Of a stretch of 64,000 nt of DNA, positions 17,728 through 27,769 are shown piece after piece. Position 1 is the stretch's first letter. Every line of letters starts with the position of its first letter. The stretch is taken from the NCBI GenBank assembly GCA_944362555.1, contig CALVTL010000006.1, positions 2,318 to 66,317 of the forward strand, read 5' to 3'. The translations under genes and the position numbers were made by a program. Under the pieces are notes generated by a model, which did no database searches, was not told the DNA's origin, and was given only the letters and a program-made list of their open reading frames with translations. This stretch comes from an uncultured Clostridia bacterium. Its GTDB lineage: Bacteria > Bacillota > Clostridia > Christensenellales > Borkfalkiaceae.

Positions 17728-19047
17728 ATGGTTTGGGGGAAATTGCAGCGGGGCGGGGTATACTTTATCGGCATCGGCGGCGTGAGCATGAGCGCGCTCG
17801 CGCAGCTCTTGCAGGAACGGGGCGTCCCCGTCCGCGGATGCGACGCACGCGAAGGGCAGTTTGTCAGAAGGCTGCGCGCCAAGGGCATCCCCGTCTGCAT
17901 CGGCGAGGAGGAAATTTACGAGCAGACCGTCGTCTGTACGGAGGCGGTGGACGTGCACGCGGCGCTCCCCGAACAGGCACGCAGGGCGGGGAAAACCGTC
18001 CTCACGCGCGCGCAGTTCCTCGGCGAGGTCGCGCAGACCTTCCCGCACGTCATCTCGGTGGCGGGGTGTCACGGCAAGACGTCGGCGACGTGTATGCTCG
18101 CGCACGTCTTCTTTCACGCCAAAAGAGGGGCGACCTGCCACGTCGGCGGCGAGGACCTCACCTTCGGTAACTTTCATGCGGAGGGGGAGGAGTACTTCCT
18201 CACCGAGGCGTGCGAGTTCCGCCGCAGCTTTCTCGCGCTGCGCGGGGACATCGCCGTCGTGTTGAGCACCGACCTCGACCACACCGACTGCTATGCGGGC
18301 GAGGGGGAGCTGCTCGAGGCGTACAAAGCGTATGCCGCCGCCTCCGCGCAGGCGGTCGTCAATGCGGACGATAAGAACGCGGCGCATCTTCCGCACGCGC
18401 TCTCCTTCGGGCTGTATGCGGGGGACGTCCGCGCCGTGCACCTCGGTTCGGACGGGGAGAGGTATTTCTTCACCGTCTCCGAGCGCGGCGTGCCCGCCGT
18501 GCGCGTTGCGCTCAATGTGCGCGGAAGGGTGCAGATCTATAACGCGCTCGCCGCCTACTGCGCCGCCCGCCTTGCGGGGCTCTCCCCGCGCGAGATCAAG
18601 GCGGGATTGGAGGCGTTCCGCGGCGTCAGACGCCGCTTTGAAGAGGCGGGGAGGCTGGGCGGCGCGCCTGTTTTTCTCGACTACGCCCATCACCCTGCCG
18701 AGATCTCCGCCGCGCTCGACACGGCGCAGGGGCTGTGTAAGGGTACGGTGCGCGTCGTCTTTCAGCCGCACACCTATACCCGCACGCGCGATCTCATGGC
18801 GGAGTTCGTACGCGTTCTGCGCCGCGCGGAGTCGCCCGTCATCTACCGCACCTATGCCGCGCGCGAACAGTTCTTCATAGAGGGGAGCGCGGTGGCGCTG
18901 GCGGCGCGCCTTCCCGAGGCGCTCTATGCGCAGTCGCCCGCGGGGCTCAAAAAGCTGCTCCTTTCGCAAATACAAAAGGACGACCTCGTTCTCGTGCTCG
19001 GCGCGGGAGACATCGATGAGATCGTCCGTTCCATTTTGGATGAATAA
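17728..19047 (+). CDS. murC: UDP-N-acetylmuramate--L-alanine ligase
   Basis: VYFIGIGGVSMSALA, GCHGKTS and DYAHHP motifs; the exact start is uncertain because there is no clear SD. Confidence 0.85.
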   Translation: MVWGKLQRGGVYFIGIGGVSMSALAQLLQERGVPVRGCDAREGQFVRRLRAKGIPVCIGEEEIYEQTVVCTEAVDVHAALPEQARRAGKTVLTRAQFLGEVAQTFPHVISVAGCHGKTSATCMLAHVFFHAKRGATCHVGGEDLTFGNFHAEGEEYFLTEACEFRRSFLALRGDIAVVLSTDLDHTDCYAGEGELLEAYKAYAAASAQAVVNADDKNAAHLPHALSFGLYAGDVRAVHLGSDGERYFFTVSERGVPAVRVALNVRGRVQIYNALAAYCAARLAGLSPREIKAGLEAFRGVRRRFEEAGRLGGAPVFLDYAHHPAEISAALDTAQGLCKGTVRVVFQPHTYTRTRDLMAEFVRVLRRAESPVIYRTYAAREQFFIEGSAVALAARLPEALYAQSPAGLKKLLLSQIQKDDLVLVLGAGDIDEIVRSILDE

Positions 19048-19058
19048 TTGCGCGGAGG

Positions 19059-20189
19059 TCAGACCTCCGCCTTTTTTCCCTTCCGTTCGCAGGCATAGAG
19101 ATAGTCCACAAATTGCCTTGCGCGGCGGGGGGAGCGGCCGCCCCGCACGAGCGCCCAGCGCTCGGCAAGAAGGGAGAGCTCCTCGCCGTCCGTCTTTAAT
19201 CCTGCGTCGGCGGCGAGCGCGCGCACGATGGCAAGATATTCCTGCTTGCCCGTCGTCGAGAAGAGCACGGTGATGCCGAAGCGGTCGGAGAGGGACAGGA
19301 GCTCCTCCTCGCTGTCGCCCGCGTGCACGCTGTTCATGCGGGAGGAGAAGTTCTCCTCCACGATATGGCGGCGGTTGGAGGTGGCAACGATCATCACGTT
19401 GCCCGCGTGTCCCTCCATGCTGCCCTGGAGCGCCGCCTTCAGGGTGGAGACGCGGTCGTCCTCCTCGCGCAGCGAGAAATCGTCGATAAAGACGACGAAT
19501 TTCATGGGCTCGGCGGAGAGCATGGCGCGCAGGCGGGGAAGGGCGAGGATGTTCTCCTTGTCGATCTCCACAAGGCGCAACTTTTTTTCCGCAAAGGCGT
19601 TGACCATCGCGTGGACGGTGGAGGACTTGCCCGTGCCGCGGTCGCCGTAGAGGAGCATATCCGAGTAGGGCAGCCCCGACACGAAGTTTTCAAAATTGTC
19701 GCGCACCTCCGCCTTTTCGCTCTCATAGCCCTTGAGGTCGGAGAGCGTCACGCGGGAGGGGGTGAGGATGGGGCGCAGCTCCCCGTCAAAGCGGAAGGCG
19801 GTGTGCGAAAGCCACATCCCGCAGCCGTTTTCAAGGTAGTACCGCGCAAGGCGGTCGGCGGCGCCTTCGTCCCAGCCGCGCAAAATTTCGGGCGTTTCCC
19901 CGAAGGAAAAACCCTCGGCGGGCGCCTGCATGGCGCGCGCAATGACGGCAAGGTCTTGTAGATACGCCCTGCGGACAAACTCCGAGGGGGCTTTGCCCGC
20001 GGCGCAGGCGCGCGAAAAGGCGTTCTCGTCCGAAAGGACGGCGCGGGCAAGGCAGGCGGCAAAGCAATTTTCCTCGCCGCGTTCGTATAGAAGGCGCAAA
20101 AACTGCACCCGATCGCCCGCGAAAAAGGCGTCGATGAGTGCGTCCTGAAGGATGCCGTGCAGCACCGTAAAGCAAGGTCTTGTGTCCAT
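19059..20189 (-). CDS. DUF815-family AAA ATPase
   Basis: LLYGDRGTGKSSTV Walker A, FIDDFS Walker B, architecture typical of DUF815. Confidence 0.75.
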   Translation of the reverse strand: MDTRPCFTVLHGILQDALIDAFFAGDRVQFLRLLYERGEENCFAACLARAVLSDENAFSRACAAGKAPSEFVRRAYLQDLAVIARAMQAPAEGFSFGETPEILRGWDEGAADRLARYYLENGCGMWLSHTAFRFDGELRPILTPSRVTLSDLKGYESEKAEVRDNFENFVSGLPYSDMLLYGDRGTGKSSTVHAMVNAFAEKKLRLVEIDKENILALPRLRAMLSAEPMKFVVFIDDFSLREEDDRVSTLKAALQGSMEGHAGNVMIVATSNRRHIVEENFSSRMNSVHAGDSEEELLSLSDRFGITVLFSTTGKQEYLAIVRALAADAGLKTDGEELSLLAERWALVRGGRSPRRARQFVDYLYACERKGKKAEV

Positions 20190-20292
20190 ACCGTTATTTT
20201 AGCACATTCTCCCGAAAAACGCAACCGTGCAGCAATCAAAGAAACCGAAAGCGGCAATCGGGGAATTTGCATAATAAAGTTCCGCCGAATGC

Positions 20293-20322
20293 TTGACGGA
20301 ACGCCGCCTTGCGCGCTATAAT
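20293..20322 (+). promoter_or_regulatory. ilvC promoter TTGACG-18-TATAAT
   Basis: Read directly. Confidence 0.65.
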
Positions 20323-20361
20323 AGTATTAATATTTTGTAAAAGCAATGCGGAGGACTTATC

Positions 20362-21411
20362 ATGGCACATAAGATCTACGATCCCGAAACGCAGGAAGCG
20401 CGCATCTTTCACGAGGCAGATTGCGATTTGAAGCGCCTCAAAAACAAGACGGTGGCGGTCATCGGCTTCGGCAGCCAGGGGCACGCGCACGCGCTCAATC
20501 TGAAAGACAGCGGCGTGAAGGTCGTCATCGGCCTCAACAAGGGCGGCAGAACGTGGCCCATCGCCGAACAGGCAGGGTTTGCGGTGTATCCCGTCCGCGA
20601 GGCAGCCGAGAAGGCGGACGTCATCATGATGCTCACGCCCGACGAGAAGATGGCGGACATCTATAAGGAGAGCATCGCGCCCGTTCTGACGGCGGGCAAG
20701 TATCTTGCCTTCGCGCACGGGTTCAACATCCATTTCAAGCAGATCGTTCCTCCCGCAGACGTCAACGTCTTTATGATCGCGCCCAAGGGTCCCGGCCACA
20801 CGGTGCGCAGCGAGTATGTGGAAGGGCACGGCGTTCCCGACCTCGTCGCCGTCTATCAGGATCCCTCGGGGGACACGATGGATGTCGCGCTCGCATACGC
20901 GCTCGGCATCGGCGGCGCGCGCGCGGGCGTGCTCGAGACCACCTTCAAGTGCGAGACGGAGACCGACCTCTTCGGCGAACAGGCAGTGCTGTGCGGCGGC
21001 GTCACCGCCCTCATGAAGGCGGGATTTGAAACGCTCGTCGAGGCGGGCTACGACCCCCGCAACGCCTATTTTGAGTGCATCCACGAGATGAAGCTCATCG
21101 TCGACCTCATCTATGCGGGCGGCTTCAAGAAGATGCGCTACTCCATCTCCGACACGGCGGAATTCGGCGACTACGAGACGGGCAAGCGCCTCATCACCGA
21201 CGAGACCAAGAAGGAGATGAAGAAGGTGCTCACCGAGATCCAGGACGGCACGTTCGCCTCCAGGTGGATCTCCGAAAATAAGAGCGGCGGCAGGGCGCAC
21301 TTCAACGCGTGCCGCGAACGCGAGGCGGCACACGCGCTCGAAAAGGTGGGCGAGGAGCTGCGCGAGCTGTATTCGTGGAACAAAGAGGACAAGTACAGCG
21401 AAACAAAATAA
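20362..21411 (+). CDS. ilvC: Ketol-acid reductoisomerase
   Basis: [30 protein letters not shown] and [11 protein letters not shown] motifs. Confidence 0.95.
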   Translation: MAHKIYDPETQEARIFHEADCDLKRLKNKTVAVIGFGSQGHAHALNLKDSGVKVVIGLNKGGRTWPIAEQAGFAVYPVREAAEKADVIMMLTPDEKMADIYKESIAPVLTAGKYLAFAHGFNIHFKQIVPPADVNVFMIAPKGPGHTVRSEYVEGHGVPDLVAVYQDPSGDTMDVALAYALGIGGARAGVLETTFKCETETDLFGEQAVLCGGVTALMKAGFETLVEAGYDPRNAYFECIHEMKLIVDLIYAGGFKKMRYSISDTAEFGDYETGKRLITDETKKEMKKVLTEIQDGTFASRWISENKSGGRAHFNACREREAAHALEKVGEELRELYSWNKEDKYSETK

Positions 21412-21515
21412 CCTTTTTTCTCCCTCCGGCGTCCGTCCGGGGGGATTTTTTTGGGAATGACTGTAAAAAAGCAAAAATTTTTTTCAAAAATCATAGAAAA
21501 AATGCAAAAGGGGTA

Positions 21516-21544
21516 TTGAAACCGCGCGCAAAATATAGTATAAT
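21516..21544 (+). promoter_or_regulatory. glg operon promoter TTGAAA-17-TATAAT
   Basis: Read directly, about 80 nt upstream of glgB. Confidence 0.7.
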
Positions 21545-21622
21545 AGGATAGGTGCAGGACGGATATCTTCCGTTCTGCCCAAAATGCAGGGGGAAACGTT
21601 TTACGTTTCTGAAGAAGGAGAA

Positions 21623-23620
21623 ATGATGGCAAACAAGGAAAACCGGGCAAGCGGAACGGCGGAAAAGATGACAGATTTCCCGCTCTACCTCTACCACCAC
21701 GGCAAGAACGACCGCATCTATGAACTGTTCGGTGCGCACAAGGAGGTGCAGGACGGGCAGGAGGGCTATGTCTTCCGCGTCTGGGCGCCGCACGCAAGGA
21801 GCGTCTCCGTCGTCGGGGACTTCAACGAGTGGGACGCAAACCGCAACGTCATGGAGCGCATGGTGGACGGAGAGAGCTTCGAGCTCTTCATCCCCGGGCT
21901 CAAACAGTACGATACCTACAAGTACTGCGTCACCGCCGCGGACGGCAGACAGCTCTTAAAAGCCGATCCCGTCGGCTTCCACACCGAAACGCCGCCCGCG
22001 ACCGCGTCCAAGCTCTACGACCTTGACGGGTACGAATGGCAGGACAAGGAATACCTTCAGAGCATCGGCAAGCGCAACATCTTTGCCTCGCCCATGAACA
22101 TCTATGAGGTCAACCTGCTCTCGTGGAAGCGCCATGCGGACGGGAATTACTATTCCTATCTCGACCTCGCGCGCGAGCTCGTCCCTTACGTCAAGGAGAT
22201 GGGCTATACCCACGTCGAATTCATGCCCGTGACCGAATTCCCGTTCGAGGGTTCGTGGGGGTATCAGGTGACGGGGTACTACGCCGTCACTTCCCGCATG
22301 GGCACGCCCAAGGACTTCATGCGCCTTGTTGACGAATTCCACAAGGCGGGCATCGGCGTCATCCTCGACTGGGTCCCCGCGCACTTCCCCAAGGACGCGC
22401 AGGGGCTGTACGAGTTTGACGGCCAGCCGCTCTATGAGAGCAGTCAGTGGGACAGGATGGAGCACAAGAGCTGGGGCACCCGCCGCTTTGATTACGGCAG
22501 GAACGAGGTGCTCTCCTTCCTCATCTCCGACGCGTGCTTCTTCTTCGACAAATATCACATCGACGGACTGCGCGTGGACGCCGTCGCTTCCATGCTCTAC
22601 CTCGACTACGACAAGCGCCCCGGCGAATGGGTGCCCAATATCTACGGCGAAAACAAGAACCTCGAGGCGATCGCCTTTTTGAGAAAGCTCAACGAGGCGG
22701 TGTTCCTGCGCTATCCCTACGCGCTGATGATCGCGGAGGAGTCGACGGCGTGGGGGCTCGTCACCAAACCCGGTTCGGTGGGGGGGCTCGGTTTCAACTT
22801 CAAGTGGAACATGGGCTGGATGAACGATATGCTCTCGTATATCTGCCTCAATCCCTATTTCCGCAGCTACAACCACAGCAAACTCACCTTCTCCATGATG
22901 TATGCCTTCTCGGAGAACTACGTCCTGCCCATCTCGCACGACGAAGTGGTGTACGGCAAGTGCTCGCTCATCAACAAGATGCCCGGGACGTACGAGGAAA
23001 AATTCGCGGGCGTCCGCTCGTTTTTGGGCTACATGATGGCGCACCCCGGCAAGAAACTTAACTTCATGGGGTATGAGTTCGGGCAGTTCAAGGAGTGGGA
23101 CTATCACGAGGGGCTGGAATTCTTCCTGCGCGACACCTACGAGCTGCACGGAAAGCTCTCCCTGTATGTGAACGAGCTCAACCATTTCTACACGTCTACG
23201 CCCGCCCTCTATGAGATCGAGGATTCGTGGGACGGGTTTGAATGGCTCGCGCCCGACGACGCCGACAAGAACATCGTCGCCTTCAAACGCCGCGACAGGG
23301 CAGGAAACGAGGTCATCGTCATCTCCTGCTTCTCGGGCGTGGAGATGCCGGGCTACCGTCTGGGCGTCCCGCAGCGCGGAAAATATAAGGTCGTCTTCAA
23401 CACGGACGACAAAAAGTACGGCGGCGACGGAAAACTTACAAAGCGCGTGTTCACGGCGACCAAAAAGCCCGGCCACGGCAAGCAGTACTCCATCTCCGTC
23501 GATATGCCCAAGCTCACCTGCCTCTATCTCGTCCGCGAGCCGGACGATCCCGCAAAGACCGCAAAGGCAAAGACGGCAAAAAAAGCCGCTCCCAAGGCAG
23601 CGGCAAAGAAGCCGGAATAA
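21623..23620 (+). CDS. glgB: 1,4-alpha-glucan branching enzyme
   Basis: GH13 motifs DWVPAHF, GLRVDAVASM and AEESTAW; start set at MMANK after SD gaaggag; K/A-rich C-terminal tail. Confidence 0.9.
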   Translation: MMANKENRASGTAEKMTDFPLYLYHHGKNDRIYELFGAHKEVQDGQEGYVFRVWAPHARSVSVVGDFNEWDANRNVMERMVDGESFELFIPGLKQYDTYKYCVTAADGRQLLKADPVGFHTETPPATASKLYDLDGYEWQDKEYLQSIGKRNIFASPMNIYEVNLLSWKRHADGNYYSYLDLARELVPYVKEMGYTHVEFMPVTEFPFEGSWGYQVTGYYAVTSRMGTPKDFMRLVDEFHKAGIGVILDWVPAHFPKDAQGLYEFDGQPLYESSQWDRMEHKSWGTRRFDYGRNEVLSFLISDACFFFDKYHIDGLRVDAVASMLYLDYDKRPGEWVPNIYGENKNLEAIAFLRKLNEAVFLRYPYALMIAEESTAWGLVTKPGSVGGLGFNFKWNMGWMNDMLSYICLNPYFRSYNHSKLTFSMMYAFSENYVLPISHDEVVYGKCSLINKMPGTYEEKFAGVRSFLGYMMAHPGKKLNFMGYEFGQFKEWDYHEGLEFFLRDTYELHGKLSLYVNELNHFYTSTPALYEIEDSWDGFEWLAPDDADKNIVAFKRRDRAGNEVIVISCFSGVEMPGYRLGVPQRGKYKVVFNTDDKKYGGDGKLTKRVFTATKKPGHGKQYSISVDMPKLTCLYLVREPDDPAKTAKAKTAKKAAPKAAAKKPE

Positions 23621-23661
23621 CATAGGCAATCTTAATTGTAGAGAAATATAGGGGGTTCTTT

Positions 23662-24858
23662 ATGCAAAGAAAGAAAGAATGTGTCGCAATGTTGCTCGCG
23701 GGCGGACAGGGCAGCCGTCTGTACGCGCTGACGAACAACATTGCAAAACCCGCAGTTTCGTTCGGCGGAAAGTACCGTATCATCGACTTCCCGCTCTCCA
23801 ACTGCATCAACTCCGGCATCGACACGGTGGGCGTGCTCACCCAGTACGAGCCGCTCGTACTCAACGAGTACATCGGCAACGGTCAGCCCTGGGATCTCGA
23901 CCGTTCCTTCGGCGGGGTACATATCCTTTCGCCCTATCAGGCGAAGAAGAAGTCCTCGTGGTTCGAAGGCACGGCGAACGCCATCTATCAGAACATGGCG
24001 TTCATGAAGAAGTACAATCCCGACTATGTGCTCATCCTCTCGGGCGACCACATTTATAAGATGGACTATGCCGCCATGCTCAAGGCGCACAAGGCGACGG
24101 GCGCGGACTGCACCATCGCCGCCATCGAAGTGCCCATGAAGGAGGCGTCTCGCTTCGGCATCCTCAACACCAACGAGGACGGCTCCATCTACCAGTTCGA
24201 GGAAAAGCCCAAGCAGCCCAAGAGCAATCTTGCCTCCATGGGCATCTATATCTTCACGGCGAGCAAGCTCTTCAAGTACCTCACGGAGGACGACGAAAAC
24301 CCCGCATCCAGCAAGGACTTCGGCAAAGACGTGCTGCCCGCCATGCTCAACGCAGGGGAGAAGATGTTCTCCTACCGCTTTGAGGGGTATTGGAAGGACG
24401 TCGGCACCATCTCCTCGCTCTGGGAGGCGAACATGGACCTCCTCGGCGAAGAGCCCAATTTCGACGTCAACGATCCCGACTGGAAGATCCATTCCCGCAA
24501 CCCGCTCGCGCCGCCCGAATACATCGGCGAGAAGGCGGTCACGGGCAATTCGCTCATCTCGCTCGGCTGCGAAGTGGAAGGCACGGTCATCAACTCCGTG
24601 CTCTCGAGCAACGTCGTCGTCGAAGAGGGCGCAGAGGTCATCGACAGCGTTCTGATGGCGGGCACCGTCGTCAAGAAGGGCGCCAAGGTCATCTACTCCA
24701 TCGTGGACGAGAACACCGTCATCGAGGAGGGCGCCGTCGTCGGCGAGGACAAGGAAAAGAACGCGGGCATCGCCGTGCTCGGCAGGAACATCACGATCGG
24801 CGCGGGCGCGAAGGTCGCCGCGGGTCAGATCCTGGACAAAGATTATAAGGGGGAGTAA
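23662..24858 (+). CDS. glgC: Glucose-1-phosphate adenylyltransferase
   Basis: [25 protein letters not shown]-terminus, left-handed beta-helix C-terminus. Confidence 0.9.
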   Translation: MQRKKECVAMLLAGGQGSRLYALTNNIAKPAVSFGGKYRIIDFPLSNCINSGIDTVGVLTQYEPLVLNEYIGNGQPWDLDRSFGGVHILSPYQAKKKSSWFEGTANAIYQNMAFMKKYNPDYVLILSGDHIYKMDYAAMLKAHKATGADCTIAAIEVPMKEASRFGILNTNEDGSIYQFEEKPKQPKSNLASMGIYIFTASKLFKYLTEDDENPASSKDFGKDVLPAMLNAGEKMFSYRFEGYWKDVGTISSLWEANMDLLGEEPNFDVNDPDWKIHSRNPLAPPEYIGEKAVTGNSLISLGCEVEGTVINSVLSSNVVVEEGAEVIDSVLMAGTVVKKGAKVIYSIVDENTVIEEGAVVGEDKEKNAGIAVLGRNITIGAGAKVAAGQILDKDYKGE

Positions 24859-24862
24859 GACA

Positions 24863-25981
24863 ATGGCAAATTCCGCAGTTGGCGTCATTTTTTCCAACGT
24901 ACACGATGAAAATATCCCGGAGCTCTCCCGTCACAGGACGATGGCGTCCATCCCTTACGGCGGCAGATACCGCCTCATCGACTTCTCGCTCTCCAACATG
25001 GTGAACGCGGGGATCACGACGGTGGGGGTGGTCACCAAGTACAACTACCAGTCGCTGCTCGACCATCTCGGCAGCGGCAAGGACTGGGATCTTGCGAGAA
25101 AGGACGGCGGCATCATCCTGCTCCCGCCCTATTCCGATGAAACGGACGCTCCCTACACCAACCGCCTCGAGGCGCTCAAGGGCATCACGGGCTTTCTGAC
25201 GCACCGCAATGAGGACTACGTCGTCATCTCCGACTGCGACGGCATCGCGCGCATCGATTACGCCGCCATCCTCGCCTATCATGAGGAGAAGAACGCCGAC
25301 ATCACGATGGTGTATCATGAGGAGGAGGGACCCGTCGATTCTGGCTACTTCATGACGCTCACGCCCGATGAAGAGGGACGCATCACGGGGCTCAAGATCA
25401 ACCCCAAGCTCAAGGCGAAGGCAAAGAGCAACGTCTACATCAACATCATGGTCATCAAGCGCGAATTCCTCATCAACATCATCCAGGATGCGATGACGCG
25501 CGGGCTTTCGAGCTTCGGAAAGGACATTTTGAGCAAGAACGTCGATACGCTCAAAATCTACGGTTTCCGCTATGAAGGGTACTATGCGGGCATCGATTCC
25601 CTGCAGAAGTACTATCAGCACAGCATGGAGCTGCTGCAAAAGGACGTCCGCGACGCTCTGTTCGGCGCGCGCGACATCTACACGAAGGTGCGCGATTCCG
25701 CGCCCAGCAAGTATATGGACGGCGCCAAGGTGAGCAATTCGCTCATCTCCGACGGCTGCGTCATCGAGGGCACGGTGGAGAACTGCATCCTCTTCCGCGG
25801 CGTCAAGGTCGGAAAGGGGAGCGTCGTCAAAAACTCCATCGTCATGCAGGACACCGTCATCGGCTCCGGCGCGCAGCTCGACTGCGTCATCACCGATAAG
25901 AACGTCGTCGTGCGCGACAGGCGTCACCTTGCGGGCTGTGCGGAACTTCCGTACTTTATCGCAAAGGGCAGGATGCTGTAA
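24863..25981 (+). CDS. glgD: Glucose-1-phosphate adenylyltransferase subunit GlgD
   Basis: GlgC paralogue lacking the GGxGxRL motif (IPYGGRYRLIDF); position directly after glgC. Confidence 0.85.
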   Translation: MANSAVGVIFSNVHDENIPELSRHRTMASIPYGGRYRLIDFSLSNMVNAGITTVGVVTKYNYQSLLDHLGSGKDWDLARKDGGIILLPPYSDETDAPYTNRLEALKGITGFLTHRNEDYVVISDCDGIARIDYAAILAYHEEKNADITMVYHEEEGPVDSGYFMTLTPDEEGRITGLKINPKLKAKAKSNVYINIMVIKREFLINIIQDAMTRGLSSFGKDILSKNVDTLKIYGFRYEGYYAGIDSLQKYYQHSMELLQKDVRDALFGARDIYTKVRDSAPSKYMDGAKVSNSLISDGCVIEGTVENCILFRGVKVGKGSVVKNSIVMQDTVIGSGAQLDCVITDKNVVVRDRRHLAGCAELPYFIAKGRML

Positions 25982-26033
25982 GGCGCGCTGTGTTTAAGAA
26001 GCCGCCGAAAGGGGAAGGATAGGAGGAGATCAA

Positions 26034-27623
26034 ATGGCAGCTACAAAGAGCACCGCAAAAAAGACCACGGCTAAAAAACCCGCCGCGCCCGTGGAGAAGA
26101 AGGAAGCGGCAGTCATCAGCGTTCCGCCCGTCGAGGTCGTGAACGCGGCACCCGCCGAGGAGGCGGCACCCGCGCCGCAGCCCGAAGTGCAGGTCGTACC
26201 CAAGAAGAAGATCATGTTCGTCGCGTCGGAGGCGGCGCCCTTCATTGCGACGGGCGGGCTTGCCGAAGTCATCGGCTCGCTCTCCAAGGCAGTCGCAAAG
26301 GACGACAGTTTCGACGTCCGCGTCATCATCCCGCTCTATCAGGACATCAAAAAGGAGTACCGCAAGGATTTCCGCTTCATCGGAAATATCTTCGTTCCGC
26401 TCTCGTGGCGCAACCAATACTGCGGTATCTTTGAATACGAAAAGGACAACGTGAAGTTCTATTTCGTCGACAACGAATATTACTTCAAGCGCCCCGGGTG
26501 CTACGGCTACTACGACGACGGCGAACGGTTCGCCTTCTTCTGCCGCAGCGTCATGGAGATCTTGTCCTTCCTCAACTTCTATCCCGATATCCTGCACTGC
26601 CACGACTGGCAGGCGGCTCTGGCGGCGCTCTATCTCAAAACCATCTACTGCTTCCGCCCCGAGTATCAGTTCATCCGCTCGGTATTCACCATCCACAATA
26701 TCGAGTATCAGGGCAAGTATTCGCTCGACATCCTCGAGGACCTGTTCGGCATCTCCAACCGCTACCGCTATCTGGTGGAGTACGACCGCTGCATCAACCT
26801 CATGAAGGGGGCGATCGAATGCAGCGAGCGTTTCTCGACGGTGAGCCCGACGTACGCGGGGGAGATCAAAGACCCGTACTATGCGCATGGGCTGGACGCC
26901 ATCATCCGCAGGAACGAATTCAAACTGTGCGGCATCCTCAACGGCATCGACATCGACTACTACAACCCCAAGACGGACAAATCGCTGTTTGCGAACTATG
27001 ACGCGGCGGACGTCTCCAACAAGGCGATCTGCAAGGAAGAGCTGCAGCGGATGCTCAATCTTCCCGTCAAGCCCGATACGCCCATCATCGCCATGATCAC
27101 CCGCCTTGTCTCGCACAAGGGGCTCGATCTGGTGCGCGAAGTCATCGAACAGGTGCTCCGCCAGGATGTGCAGTTCGTGCTGCTCGGCACGGGCGATTCC
27201 GCCTACGAGAACTATTTCAGCGACCTCGCGCGCAGGTATCAAGGCAAGGTGGTGTCCATCATCTCCTTCAACTCCGACCTCTCGCGCAAGATCTATTCGG
27301 GCGCGGATCTGTTCCTCATGCCCTCCAAGAGCGAGCCTTGCGGGCTCTCGCAGATGATCGCGTCCCGCTACGGCACCGTCGCCATCGTGCGCGAGACGGG
27401 CGGTCTGCGCGACAGCATCCAGCCCTACGGCGCGGGCGGCAACGGGTTCACCTTCCACGACTACAACGCATACGATATGCTCTACGTCATCAATGAGGCG
27501 ATCGGCGTCTATCACAACAAGGACGCATGGAAGGCGCTTCAGAAGAAGGCGATGGAGACCGACTTCTCGTGGGCGACCTCGGCGAAGTACTATATCGGCT
27601 TGTATCTCGGAATGCTCAACTGA
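26034..27623 (+). CDS. glgA: Glycogen synthase with about 60-aa K/A/P-rich N-terminal extension
   Basis: Canonical core starts at IMFVASEAAPFIATGGLAEV; strong SD aggagg supports the upstream ATG at 26034. Confidence 0.9.
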   Translation: MAATKSTAKKTTAKKPAAPVEKKEAAVISVPPVEVVNAAPAEEAAPAPQPEVQVVPKKKIMFVASEAAPFIATGGLAEVIGSLSKAVAKDDSFDVRVIIPLYQDIKKEYRKDFRFIGNIFVPLSWRNQYCGIFEYEKDNVKFYFVDNEYYFKRPGCYGYYDDGERFAFFCRSVMEILSFLNFYPDILHCHDWQAALAALYLKTIYCFRPEYQFIRSVFTIHNIEYQGKYSLDILEDLFGISNRYRYLVEYDRCINLMKGAIECSERFSTVSPTYAGEIKDPYYAHGLDAIIRRNEFKLCGILNGIDIDYYNPKTDKSLFANYDAADVSNKAICKEELQRMLNLPVKPDTPIIAMITRLVSHKGLDLVREVIEQVLRQDVQFVLLGTGDSAYENYFSDLARRYQGKVVSIISFNSDLSRKIYSGADLFLMPSKSEPCGLSQMIASRYGTVAIVRETGGLRDSIQPYGAGGNGFTFHDYNAYDMLYVINEAIGVYHNKDAWKALQKKAMETDFSWATSAKYYIGLYLGMLN

Positions 27624-27769
27624 CCCATCCATACTGTACCAATACTGTAAGGGAAGAGGGGCGGATGCTTTTTTCCGGACGGCGCCACGCCCCTCCTTCT
27701 TTATGCTCTCATTCCAAGACAGGATGGGGGAGTTTACGTTTGCAATAATTTTCAGGAGTACTTCATTTC

